NCBI GenBank assembly: GCA_036785375.1
Contig: JAWMAR010000391.1
Span: 1,178,001-1,242,000 of the forward strand
DNA length: 64,000 nucleotides
Source: Leucoraja ocellata
Taxonomy: Eukaryota
Direction: 5' to 3'
Shown here: in pieces, positions 12,913 through 25,022 of the stretch
Position numbering within the stretch: the stretch's first letter is position 1
Layout of the letters: the number at the start of each line of letters is the position of its first letter
Translations under genes and position numbers: made by a program
Notes under the pieces: model-generated
The model's input: the letters and a program-made list of their open reading frames with translations, nothing else
Database searches by the model: none
What the model was told of the DNA's origin: nothing

Positions 12913-14093
12913 TTTAAAGTCTTTCTTTGGCATAATCAACATCTGTAGTTCCTACTTATTACATTTTGTATGCCTTCACTACCTTCCCTACCTGCCTCAA
13001 TGTCCCTCTGTTCTTCATTACCCCCCACAACTACTATTTATTTTGTATGTCCTACCCTAATAGTCCTGTTAAAGTGCGCAACCTCACACTTATCAGGATT
13101 GATTTTCATCTGCCCTGCCCAATTTATCTACTGATCAATATCATTTTAAAGACTGAGCTTATGCTCCCTGGATCAAAACTTTGCTTGATAATAGGAAGGA
13201 AAGGGTGATGGTGCAGGGTTGCTTTTGTGATCGGAAGCATGTACCAAGTGAATTGATGCTGGAGCTGTTAATATTTGTTAAGACATTCATAATTTAGATA
13301 TGAATGTCAGAGGAATTATTTGCAAGTTTGCAGATGACACATAAATTAGTAGTGATTTTGATTGTGTGAAGGATAGTCTTAAGATGCAGAATGCTAGTAT
13401 AATGCTCAGTTGGTAAGATGATCAGAGCAATAGCAGATGGAATTTAGTTTGTGAACGTGCCTTGGATCCCATGGGCTCTAACCTTTTGGACCAGTGTTTC
13501 ATCTGAGACCCTGTGAAAGGCCTTTGTGAGATCTATGTGCACATCATCAATTGTGCTGCCCTCATCAATACATTCTGCTACCTTTACAAAACACTCAATG
13601 AAATTGGTCAGACAGGGTCCCCCTCCCCCATAATCACAACCATCATCAGATAGATTTACATTGAATGAAGCTACAGGTGTGTAAAACAGTGATGTTTTTG
13701 TTTGACAGGAGGAGACCAACTACAGACGTCTTGCCAAGTAACTAACAAACAAAATATGTTGGATACTATGATTTATGTATGGATAATATTTGCTGCTAGA
13801 AATAAGAAAATACAAACTGTACTGTATTACACTATCACGTTAATGAGGACAGACTGTGGGCAGATTAGCACCAGGCAAGCACATTGCACAAAAAGAACTC
13901 TGCAAGGCTTAATTACTGTTTGTGTGTCAGTTAGTTTTGCATGTTAGTTAGTTTAATTTTAAACTTGATTTAATATGGACAAAATCTCGGGCTTTGTGTT
14001 GATGCCTGCCTGCCTGTGATAGATTAGTAAAATACTATGAATGAGAAAAATGTAGATTACAGGTAATGAGAAATGCTGACATTTAATCAAGCT

Positions 14094-14188
14094 GTCTCAA
14101 GGAGGGTCTCGACCCGAAACGTCACCTATTCCTTCGCTCCATAGATGCTGCCTCACCCGCTGAGTTTCTCCAGCATTTTTTATCTACC
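14094..14188 (+). mobile_element. 95-nt Penelope-like mini-element with TSD
   Basis: Direct repeat TTTAATCAAGCTGT at 14082-14095 and 14189-14202. Begins GTCTCAAGGAGGGTCTCGACCCGAAACGTC and ends TCTACC. Confidence 0.8.
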
Positions 14189-15468
14189 TTTAATCAAGCT
14201 GTTGTTAGTATATTGTGATTATCTGTAAAACAACCAGATAATTAATTTTGAGATGAGTAAAATAAGTTATTTTTCACCACTTATTTCTGAAGATATGTTA
14301 AATTTTATTTTTTTTAAATTTTATATTACAGATTTATATGTTGCAGATGGTAATTATCTTTACAATTCAATCACCACAATGTAATCATTCTGTAAATTTC
14401 CTTACTGAAGAGCTTGAACCTTACTGCATCCTGTTTGCACTGTGATAAGCATACAATAGATGCGACCAAGTGGATAACTCTGCCGGTCATCAGTTCTAGC
14501 TAGGAAACAATGCTCGTGCTGCATTTGTATGTTACAGACCTTGATATTGAGTGCAAATACTGTATTGACACTATGAACAGAGAAAGGGTACAGCAGTAGG
14601 GCTTGAGCATTTTGTTTTTACTATAATGTGGACCAAAAGGGTTTTAGAATAAATTTTACCAATGCAATGTCCCCGCAGTGGAATTCGAACCGTAACTTTT
14701 TACTGAGGCAAGCGTGCTACTAACAACTTTAACTCCTTGTCTTTGAGATTAATCTGTGAAAGATATTCTAATTGTGTTTTGCATCAACGTGTTGTTGTTT
14801 TGCAGTTTTTTTCCTTTTTACTCTCTTGTCGAATGTTTTGTGTACTTTGTGTATAATTAATGTTTCTGTGTGTTTAATTTGAGTCTATACTTGTGATTTC
14901 ACTACAAGCATGATTTTCAGTGTACCTGTACCTCACCGTGCTGTACATTTGACAATAAACTCAACATGACTTGAACACTAATTCAAAGCCATGATTTGCT
15001 TTGTCTGCAGTCCACCCTATCTATATCACTCATAACTTCATACAACTCACTGATTTCCCATTTTAACTACTACTGCCCCTAAACCGCACCGCTCTCTTTA
15101 CCTGGCTCCCATTGCAGCCAGGGATATATCCCATCTAGCCGTGGAGATTTATCCACCATATAACGCATTAAAGCATTGAGTAAATCATTTTTATTTGTGG
15201 AGACTTGTGCCACAATTTAACCTACCCTTTCACTGAATTCTACAGCTACAAAGTTATTTTCTTTTGTGAACATTATTCATTTCAGATCTTGCCTACACCT
15301 TCTGGTTTCACACACAGATTACCCCTGTTGTCCCTAATGCTCCTACTTTTACCCTGGCTACCTGATCTACCCTACTCCTGTATAACATTGCTGTTTCTAG
15401 AGTCATTGTTACCTGTAAATTTAGCTGCCTGCTGAATACAGAGGTGGAGTCAACAACTTTGTTGAGTG

Positions 15469-15563
15469 GGTACACAAAAAAGCTGGAGAAACTCAGCGGG
15501 TGCAGCAGCATCTATGGAGCGAAGGAAATAGGCAACGTTTCGGGCCAAAACCCTTCTTCAGAC
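15469..15563 (-). mobile_element. 95-nt Penelope-like mini-element with TSD and intact hammerhead core
   Basis: Direct repeat ACTTTGTTGAGTG at 15456-15468 and 15562-15574. Minus strand reads GTCTGAAGAAGGGTTTTGGCCCGAAACGTT...GTGTACC. Confidence 0.8.
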
Positions 15564-15587
15564 TTTGTTGAGTGATGTGGGCTGAAT

Positions 15588-16338
15588 CACCTGCAGCTCA
15601 ACACCGACAAGAATAAGGAATTAGTGGTGGACTTTAGGAGGAGAGGAACACCCCTGTCCCCTGCCTCCATCAATGGTGTGGATGTGAATTTTACCAAGGA
15701 GTACGAATACCTTGGAGTGTACCTGGACATTAAACTGGACTGGTCCAGGAACCCTGAGGCCTGTACAAGAATGGACAGAGCCGGTTGTACTTTTTGAGAA
15801 GGCTCCGCTCCTTCAAAGTCTGCAGCAAGATGCTGTAGATGTTCTACAAATCGGTGGTAGCCATCTTCTTCGCTGTTGTGTGCTGGGGTAGCAGAAGCGA
15901 AAGCCGCGGACACCAACAGGATTAACAAACTCATCAGGAAGGCTGGCTTCGTCCAGGGGGTGGAGTTGGATTCATGGGAGGTGCTCTTGGAGGGGAGGAT
16001 GCTCCTCAAACTGCGGAGCATCTTGTACAATACAGCTCACCCCCTCCATGATACACTAGTCACAATCTGAGGAGTACCTTGAGCAACAGACTGATTCCAC
16101 CAAGATGCAGTACGGAACGCCACTGGAGATCCTTCTTCACAGTGGCTATCAAATTCCTCCCTCTTCTGTCCTGGGGTAGACTGACTCCCCTCTTTCTCCT
16201 CCCAAAATATTTGTACATCCCCAATCCTTTCCATTTGTCACTTTAATTTTATGTGATGTATCTTCTTGTATTTTCATGACTGTTGGCAGATTAATTTCCA
16301 TCCTGGGATAAACAAAGTTCTATAGTATCGTATCGTAC
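15588..16338 (+). mobile_element. Rex1/Babar-like LINE 3' fragment
   Basis: HLQLNTDKNKELVVDFRR...YEYLGVYLD...RLYFLRRLRSF; frameshifted; ends in an (ATCGT)n tail. Confidence 0.8.
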
Positions 16339-16399
16339 ATTTAAAAACATGTAATTAATTGTCTCTCTCTTCAATAACGTGCTATAATACACCCCCTTG

Positions 16400-16561
16400 C
16401 CTTGTCTGAGTCAGTGATGAGGGTCCACAGTAAACTCTCTCCATCACTCCAGCAACAGCAAACTTGTCCCGGAAGTACAATTCAAGCAACAACCGGATGT
16501 GCTGGTCCCTAGCAACCGAAGCCGCATCCTAGCAACGGGCGGGCGGGCGGCCACGGGTAAA
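16400..16561 (+). promoter_or_regulatory. DNAAF4 proximal promoter with RFX X-box-like, ETS and GC-box motifs
   Basis: Two CCTAGCAAC X-box-like sites (16503-16516, 16524-16536), ETS cores CCGGAAGT (16469-16476) and CCGGATGT (16493-16500), tandem GGGCGG from 16537, and TGAGTCA (16407-16413). Local CpG enrichment. Confidence 0.65.
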
Positions 16562-16684
16562 ATGCCGGTGCTGGTCAAGGATTACACCTGGGAGCAGGCG
16601 GAGTCCCAGGTCTTTATCACCGTGCCGCTGAAGGGCGTCGTTGCCGGGAAAGCGGACATCTTCTGTGCGGAAGATTATTTAAAG
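16562..16684 (+). CDS. DNAAF4: DNAAF4/DYX1C1 coding exon 1 (start of CS/p23 domain)
   Basis: ATG at 16562 gives MPVLVKDYTWEQAESQVFITVPLKGVVAGKADIFCAEDYLK, similar to the human DYX1C1 N-terminus (MPLQVSDYSWQQT...TENYLK). Donor AAG|GTGAGG; 123 nt. Confidence 0.95.
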
Positions 16685-18703
16685 GTGAGGGGAGGCACAC
16701 TGAAGGAAACTGCCGGCGGCAGATAGGGTGGGGGGAGGGGGAGGGGGTTGGAGAGGCGTCTTGAGGAGGAGGGGCAGAGGAAGGAAGGAGACAATGATTT
16801 GGAGAGAGGGAGGCGAAGGGAACAAGGGGGACAGATCAACGAAGAGGAGGGGGAGGGAGCTGAACGAGAGGCAGAGTTTGGACATTCAGTATACTCAAAG
16901 GCTGATCTTTTACCTCTTTTACCATAAATATATATTTATATTTATATATTCAGTCTTGCACTATATATCCCCACATACCACTGACATATATTAAATCATG
17001 CCAATTCCATTAATATCCGTCTTGAATATTCTCAATGATTTAGATTAGTTTGTTAGAGGATATGGGCCATACATGGGCAAACGAGACTAGCTTAGATGAG
17101 GTATTTTCATGAGCATGCATGAGTTAGGCTGAAGGGCCTATTTTTGTGGTGTATGACTATCAGCAGCAGTAGCCTGGAATGGTCTTGAGGTTAATGTGAG
17201 ATTCACTCATCCTCACAGGCAAAGAGGTTGGGCAACACAATGGCAGTTAAGTGGGCTGATGCCTCACAGCAGCAGCATTCTTTGTGCAATTCTAACCCCA
17301 GTGCTGTCTGTATAGAGTTTTCGTATTCATCCTGTGACCACGTGGGTTGCCTCCAGGTGCTCCAGTTTCCTCAAAAGATGTTTGGTAGATTAATTGGTCA
17401 CTGTAGATTGCTCCTAATGTGTAAGTGAGTGGTAGAATATGGGGAGAGTTGATCAGAATATATGGAGGAAAATGTCAAGGAAAAGTAACAGTACAATGTG
17501 ATTGGTCTGTGAGCCTGTGTAGACTCGATTAGCCAAATTACCTCTTTCATAAAGAAATGTCGAGTGTCAAGGTATGCACATGAGATAATGGTGGAGGATT
17601 GCAGGAAGTTATAGATTTCCCATGTCTGGATACCACACGTATCATGTGATCCTTACAAACTTCTACGGATGCACCATAAACGGCTCTGCCCAAGACCATC
17701 AGAAATTGTAGAGAGTTGAAGATGTAGCCCATTCCATCACACTGACAAAAATGCCTCTTTCCCCCCCCCCCCCCTCCCCCCCTCCCCCCCTCCCCAATCT
17801 TGAAAGTGGGAACTACCAGACTCGCGAGTAGTTTCTTCCACTCTTTTATCAGGCTTCTAAATGGCCCCCACCAGCTAGGCTATTGTCCAATTCACCTCCA
17901 ACCCATTGCAGACATTGTCTATGGTACTGGTTTGCTACGTTCTGAGAACTACATTCTGCACTGTGTATCTTCCCCTTTATTCCACCTATTATACTTGAGT
18001 TTGACTCGATTGTATTTATGTATTTATTTATCTGATTTGATTAGATAGCTTGTAAAATAAAGCTTTTTACTGTACCTCGGTTTACATGACAATAAACCAA
18101 AACCTAAAATCTCAAGTGATGTGAAAGAGTGCAGTTTTGGGTTTTGACCTCTAGATGGCACATTCTCAGGGAATGAGGTTTTAAAACCATGTTCTGTGAG
18201 TAAATAAGAACCAGTGAGTTTGAACATTTCACAGGCGATAGAGACATTTTTCATACTGCTCTATTGTTGATGCCATCTATGGTGAAAAACGTGCTAGGAT
18301 AAACGGAAATCTCGTGAAAAAAAATCAGATGTCAATTTTTCTTTTAGTGGGTACTAAAATACCCTGGCATGTTTATAAAACTGCTCAGTTCTGGATTAAG
18401 GTAACTTTTCAATCACACGGCACTACTTTGTGGAGTTGTACAAAGAACTTTCTCAGCCCATGTCCTTGCACTGTGGTTATATAAATCATTTGAATGTTCA
18501 GGCCAGATATTTGAGTCATTTATGTAATAGAATGAACATGGTAATATTATACACCTGCAAATCGTTTCAGAAAATTGTTGGTATGATCTTGTGATTTTTT
18601 TAGATTTTGACAAAAATTTGAGATTTGATTTACAATGTTCATTTGTTCATTGGACATCTGTATGTGCCTGCAGGTAGTGATTTTTTTTAAATTATTTCAA
18701 AAG

Positions 18704-18851
18704 GTGAACTTCCCTCCATTTCTCTTTGAAGTGCTGTTATTTGCTTCTATTGATGAATCAAAAAGCTCAGCTAAAGTTGGCAATGGTGTTGTCATTTTCA
18801 CATTGTACAAAAAAGAATCTACAATGTGGGAACAACTTACAACAGTTGAAG
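18704..18851 (+). CDS. DNAAF4: DNAAF4 coding exon 2
   Basis: [52 protein letters not shown] acceptor, G|GTGAGG donor; 148 nt, phase 0 to 1. Confidence 0.95.
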
Positions 18852-19471
18852 GTGAGGGGAGTATTAACTATTTTTCTTCGTACATAGAAAATAAAACAGT
18901 ACAACATGGAAGGCCTTTGCCTCACAATGACCGTGTCCAAAATGATGCCAGTTTAAATTAACCTCCTCTGCCTGTACATGATCCATATCCCTCCATTCCC
19001 TGCTTAGCCATGTGCCTATCTAAAAGTCTCTTAAACACCACTATCATATCTGCCTCCACCACCGCGCCTGGCAGCACATTACAGATGACCACCTCTCCCT
19101 ATCTGTGTAAAACAAAACTTGCCCCACATATCTTTAAACTTTCCCCCTTTCACCTATGCCCTCTAGTCTTTGAAACAAGATTTTGACTGTGTAATCTATC
19201 TATACCTCTCATGATTTTATATACTTCTATCTGGCCTCCTCAGCCCCCAATGCTCCAAGTTTGTCCAACCTCTCTTTGTACCTCATAGCCAAGAGTCAAG
19301 AGTGTTTTATTGTCATATGCCGATAATAAATATTACTTGCTGCAGCCTCTAATACCCTCTAATCCAAGTAGCATGTAGACTTCGGATGAAAATAAATTTG
19401 TGTGAAACACAAAAGCTGTGTTGATTATTAAACCCTGGTAACTGTGAATCATTTTGACTTTGCTTTGATAG

Positions 19472-19605
19472 TTGATAAGGAAAAGTTGCGAGAAAAGCGG
19501 GAGCGAGCCATTCTTTCTGCTCAAGAGAAGGCACAAGACGCTGTAAAAGAAAAAGCAGTTAAAAAGCGAGAAAATGAGAAGTACTCATTGGAAAAGATGA
19601 TGAAG
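19472..19605 (+). CDS. DNAAF4: DNAAF4 coding exon 3
   Basis: (V)DKEKLREKRERAILSAQEKAQDAVKEKAVKKRENEKYSLEKMMK. TAG acceptor, AAG|GTGAT donor; 134 nt. Confidence 0.93.
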
Positions 19606-20662
19606 GTGATATTGTTGAACAAGTCAAATATTTCTTTTTTCCCATTATCGACAGGTACATTGATGCACAAGAGGTCAGTCAAGAAATTTGTACGAACTAC
19701 TCGTTTCATTAAAATTCAAATAAAACATGCAATTTAGCAAACACAAATAGTAACGCTTTAAGTGTACTACTCAAGATGGTTGGCCACAAAGTAGATCTGT
19801 AATATAGAAAGCTGAGAAAAACAAATCCATTCTGCCACCTAAAAATTTCACACATTTTCTGTTCTAGTTATACCTTGTCATACCTTGTCATATAACAGCA
19901 GGTTAAGAAAATATAAAATTAAAAAAATTGTAGTGTAAAGTGGTACCAATGCTACTAACCTGGTTCAGCTGTGGAAGATGCCAGTTCAAACAGCACAATA
20001 AGATGACTTAAAAGAAGGTAAATGAAACTATGATGCAATTGTGACAACGACACTTTTTGTCCAGTTTTGTTGATGGTATTGTTAAAAAATGACCACCTAA
20101 TCAAAACGTAACTGGAAGCAAAGGACAGGCAGCTGGATTTCCAGATTCTGTCAAAACTTTGCTCACAGTTGTCTGATTGTTTCCAGCATTTTCTGATTTT
20201 ATTGCACTTACTGTTTTAGTTGCTGCATTTCCCTGTGTTTAAATTGATCAAAACTGAAAACTCTGATCACTTTATAAAGGGGAAAAATGCAGCTATTTAT
20301 TGTTCCCAGTCCAGCCAGTCTTTCTACCATGTCTCCAAACAATTGATCTGCATCCACAAAAGTCAGCAATAATATATTGTGGCTGTGGGCTTCTTGTGGT
20401 GCATGCAGATGAAAAAGGCTCTTGTTCGAATTTCACTGTACCTTAATTGGTGTCTGTGACAATAAACTGATCTAGATGCTAGATGCATCTAAACCTTATT
20501 TCAAAATTAAAGAATGATGTTATTTGTTGTCAGATGAAACTCAATTTTAACTTTGAATGTGCATTTTAAGTCCATGGGATGGTTGCAAAATATAGAAAAT
20601 TGGGATTGGATGCCTACATTAAATTGTGTTAAGAATTATGCATTTGTGCTAAAACGTTACAG

Positions 20663-20915
20663 ATAGAGGACAAGAATAGAGAACAGATTGAAGAATTGAA
20701 AAGACAAGAGCAAAGAAAAGCCACTGAAGAATTAGAAAAGTGGAAACTTCAGAAGTGTGAAGAAGAGGAACTAAAGAGAAAAGTGGAACTAAAGAGAAAG
20801 GAGGAAATAAAGATTGCAAGGCAAATAGCTGAGGCAGAACAAAAGAAGAAGAAAAGCGAAAATAAAGTACAAAATTCTGCCTCTCAAGCACCACACAAGC
20901 ACTCTCTCAAAGGAG
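20663..20915 (+). CDS. DNAAF4: DNAAF4 coding exon 4 (charged coiled-coil)
   Basis: IEDKNREQIEELKRQEQRKATEELEKWK...HSLKG. CAG acceptor, G|GTAAG donor; 253 nt, phase 0 to 1. Confidence 0.92.
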
Positions 20916-21839
20916 GTAAGCCTATTTCATATCAATGATAAATACAGAGGCAATCTAAGTTCTTAACCAGATTGCTGGCTGTTGAGTTTGCCTCACCCAC
21001 AGAGAATCAATAAAAATAATTAAACATTTTTTTCTCAAAACCACTAATAAAAGATGGTCCTATGAGCAGTAAAGTGATCTAATCCACATTTAGTTTCCCC
21101 AGTGTTAGGAAGTCTACATCACGAGGAGATTTACAAGTAAAAGGTTTACATCATTGTGAGGTTTACAAGTAAAAAGTTCCTTCAAGTGAAAATAATTTCA
21201 GGCCCCTGGATGTTGTAAATAGAGAATGTAAACGGATAGATGTTGCATTACACAAGAAAGTGCCTTGTGTAGGACAATGGTTATTAGATGAGAAGAAATA
21301 GGAGTAAAGGAGTAAAAGGGGGTAACAATCTGAACATCCGAAGCAGGGGCTCTCCCCACCCCCTCCTCCTCCCACACCTCCTGCTGCCCCAACTCCCCTC
21401 TTCCCCCTCTCCCCCCCCCCCATCTACATCCACAGACTCTAAGCACAAATTCCTTATTTTATACTTGAGCATTCCTACCTTCCTCCGATTACCCTCTTGT
21501 GCCTGAAATAGATCCAAAGAGCTTTGTGATTTTCTTTAATCAGACTTGCCAAAGCTAATTCATGGCCCCTTTTGGCCCTTCAAATCAGCCGCTTAAGTTA
21601 TTTCCTCCTTTCTTTACATTCCTCAAAGGTCCTCTCTGATTCCATCCTCTTCCTTTCAAGTGCTTCCTTTTTCTTTGGTTATCCAAGGTTTCCTTACTTT
21701 GCCATCCTTTTCCCTCCTCCTTACTGAAACATGTTTGTTCTGAATGTCAATGAACTGGCCTTTAAATGACTTCCACGTGCCAAATGTGGACTTGCCCAAT
21801 AATAACTGCGCCCAGTGTATGCTCCCTAACTCCTGCATA

Positions 21840-21934
21840 GTCTGAAGAAGGGTCACGACCTGAAACGTCACCCATTCCTTCTCTCCTGAGATGCTGCCCG
21901 ACCAGCTGAGTTACTCCAGCATTTTGTGTCTACC
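21840..21934 (+). mobile_element. 95-nt Penelope-like mini-element with TSD and intact hammerhead core, nested in an antisense CR1-like fragment
   Basis: Direct repeat CCTGCATA at 21832-21839 and 21933-21940. Begins GTCTGAAGAAGGGTCACGACCTGAAACGTCAC. Confidence 0.8.
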
Positions 21935-23209
21935 TGCATAACAATGTTGTAGTTTGCCTTGTTCCAATTTATTTCTTCCTGCAAGACCAACCCCCCCCCC
22001 CCCCATCCCATCCCTCCAGTTCCATCTTCCCATTATCCCCTGCTCACTTGCTCCATCTATCACCTCTCACTTTGTACCAACAATTTTTCCTGTTCCCTCT
22101 TAGTTCCGATACAGGGACTTAACCCAAAATGACGACATATACCTTTGTCTTTCATAGATGCTGCTGGACCTGCTAAGTTGTCCTAGCATGCTGTTTTAGT
22201 TCTGCCTTATCTAACCTTGGTTAAATAAGGTAGCTGATAATAGTTTCTTGGTACAATTATGTTGAAACCACTGAAAACCAAAGTAACACCTAAATCTTTA
22301 AAATTCTTGTACAGGTTTTGAAATGTTTCCGAGGTTTCACTTATTTTTACTCCTGATCTCTAGTCCTAAAACTCTCTGAGATCTCTGCAGTCTTACATAT
22401 CTGGTCTCTTGAATTATCCCATCCCTGGCAGTTTGCCAGCTTCTAAACTCTGGAGTTCCCCCCCTGCCACAAACCTTTCTGCCTTCCTTTCCTTCTTTAT
22501 GACACACCTTTAACGCTACCTTTTTGACTGAGCTTCTTGTGTTTAGTGCCCTTGGGACATGTAATGGCATTGAATTTGTCACCACTTTATAAATGGTGGT
22601 GCTATTGGAGTTTTGCATGCTTATTCTGATCATTGTTGTCTCCTGCTCAAGTGCTATCCTGGTCACTGCCACCCATTGTTGCTCTGGTTGATTCCTTTCA
22701 AGTTGTCCAATATTCATGGCATGTCGGATAAAGCTGCTTGCTAAATGAGCAGAATAAATATTTGTGTTGTCAGCGAATGTTTCATTAAGAGTTCTGGTGC
22801 CAGAAGTCCTATATTTGTCAATTTTTCAGGCAATCCAGTAGGCAGAGAGTGCTGCCTAGATCTAACAATTTGGCTCTCTTCCAATTTGGCTCTCTTCGTC
22901 TAATTAGGATTTATCAGCTTCTTGGATGTGGTCAATGTTTAACTGAGTTTGAATGTCAAGAACACATTATCAACAAAGATTAAATAGGGCTGTAAAAGTA
23001 GCTCTAGTTTTATACATAGTATAAGCAGATCCTATTGCTTGATATTTAAATCTTAAGCAGATGAAAGAGATTATTTCTTGAAATATCTATACCAAATGGA
23101 AATATGTTGCCCTTTGTTTATTTTATAGATCGCATGATTTTTTTTTTAAAAAGGTCAAATTTGCAGGATGGTATTCGATGATAAACTTCTAATCAGGATT
23201 TCATTGCAG

Positions 23210-23352
23210 GCAATGCTGGCGATATATTTACTGAAAACACGAAGGAAAAAATCATACCATGTCCACGTTCACCGGGCACTATACAAATACATTTCACACC
23301 ACGGGTTTTTCCGACTGCGCTGCGAGAATCCCTCATTGCTGAGGAAGAGGAG
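23210..23352 (+). CDS. DNAAF4: DNAAF4 coding exon 5
   Basis: (G)[47 protein letters not shown], with the conserved [13 protein letters not shown] motif. CAG acceptor, GAG|GTAAGG donor; 143 nt. Confidence 0.95.
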
Positions 23353-23879
23353 GTAAGGATTCTGTGAAAATGCTTCAAACACATGAAGTGGATTTCAGGA
23401 AAACTTGTGTTATTAATCCACAGGTTTTGAAACATTTGTTTGTACATAGTTAATCATGTCCATTTGGAAACTGATATATTTGATTAAGGTATTGATTTTC
23501 AGATGACTGTTCAAATAAAATGGAATAAATGGAGATTACTATTTTCTGTTAATTTCTATAAAAATCTGTCATTTTGCAAAAAGGGAAGTAAGTAAAAGAA
23601 AATGTAGCATTTCAGAGTATGAATCGAGATGGAACAATGTGTGTAACTGATTATTTTACAGTTTGGTTACCTTTTTTGTCCCTCTTTTTGAATCCACATG
23701 CAATTTCCCATCCACAGCACAAGAAGCGAGACTGTTCTGGGCCTTTGCTGGTGCTGGTATCTGGTGGCCCTGGGAAGATATGCAGGAGTGCTATAATTAA
23801 ACTTGCACACAAATGTTTCTTTCATCTATTTCACATCTCACCGTTGCAAATAATCTTCTCAATAATTTGGTTTTGAATG

Positions 23880-24820
23880 TTAGTGTTCTGATTATTAAAT
23901 TTGCAGATTATATGAAAATTGGCAGTGTCGTTGACAATGAGGCAAATAGTCATAGGCTACAGGATGTAATTGATCAGTTGGTAGAATGGGCAGTGCAATG
24001 GAAGATTAAATGAGAGGTGACTGCAGCTTGCAAGGACTAATAAGGTGCCTCCTCAAAGCATAGGAGGCGCTTGTGGTGGAATAATGAACGGGGAGTCTTT
24101 CTAGGCAAGTTCAAGGATCTCTGAAGGCAGCAGCACAAGTAGATAAAGTGGTGAAGAAGTTGCTTGGAATATTTGCTTTCAATGGCTGTAGCATATAATT
24201 TAAGGGCAGGTAGGTTATGGTATAACTTTTGAAAACAATAGTTAGGCTACAGCTCGAGCACTAAGTGCAGTTTTTGTTGTCACACTATAGGAAGGACTTG
24301 ACATCAATGGAGTAAGTGCAGAGGAGATTCACAAGAATGTTAGTCACAAAATGCTGTAGTTACTCCAGCATTTGTGTCTATATTCGGTATAAACCAGCAT
24401 GTGGAGTTCCTTACTTTACAAGAATGTTGCCTGGGGTGAAGCATTTTAGGTATGAGCCAAGACTGTATGGGCTGGTTTTATTTTGCTGGAGCAGAGCGTG
24501 ATGGGAAACCATGTAAATGTATACAAAGTTATGGAAGTATAGGTAGGATAGGTACGAGGAAACCTTTCCCCATTACGGTGATTTGAGGAGATTGGAGAAG
24601 GAACTTCTTTCACCCAGTGGGTGATAATAATCTAGAGTGCACTGCCAGTGGGGACAGTGGAGACAGATACTCTCAGAACATTTAAGATATATTTGAATGA
24701 ACAGTTTAATTGCCAGAGCATGAAAGGCGACAGACCAAATGGTGATACATGGGACTAGTATAGATGAGAACTTGATGGACAACATGGACATGGCGTGCTG
24801 AAGGGCCTGATTGTGCGCTG
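23880..24820 (+). mobile_element. Decayed CR1 LINE 3' region
   Basis: IIKFADYMKIGSVVD...LQDVIDQLVEWA, VQRRFTRM, and a 3' tail resembling GCTGAAGGGCCTG. Confidence 0.75.
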
Positions 24821-24912
24821 TGAATTCATGATTATATTTAATTAATAATCTGAATGATCCATGGCAGTTAAGATCCATTGGTCATGAACTATTTTTCTTT
24901 TTCTATTTACAG

Positions 24913-25022
24913 TGGCTAAGAAAACAAGCAGAAGCTAGGCGAGCCAATAATGCAGATGCCCCTGACCTTAAAGATTTAAAAGAGGAAGAAAAAAATCCAG
25001 AATGGCTGAAGGACAAAGGGAA
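24913..25022 (+). CDS. DNAAF4: DNAAF4 coding exon 6
   Basis: [36 protein letters not shown](N). CAG acceptor, AA|GTAAGT donor; 110 nt. Confidence 0.95.

Noticed and set aside
14665-14730. tRNA-like sequence on minus strand (GGTTCGAATTCC B-box)
   Set aside because: Cannot be folded into a full cloverleaf. More likely a decayed SINE head.
1-16400. PYGO1 exons expected upstream of DNAAF4 from human synteny
   Set aside because: No Pygopus NPF or PHD-finger coding sequence found in this stretch. The gene is probably outside the window.
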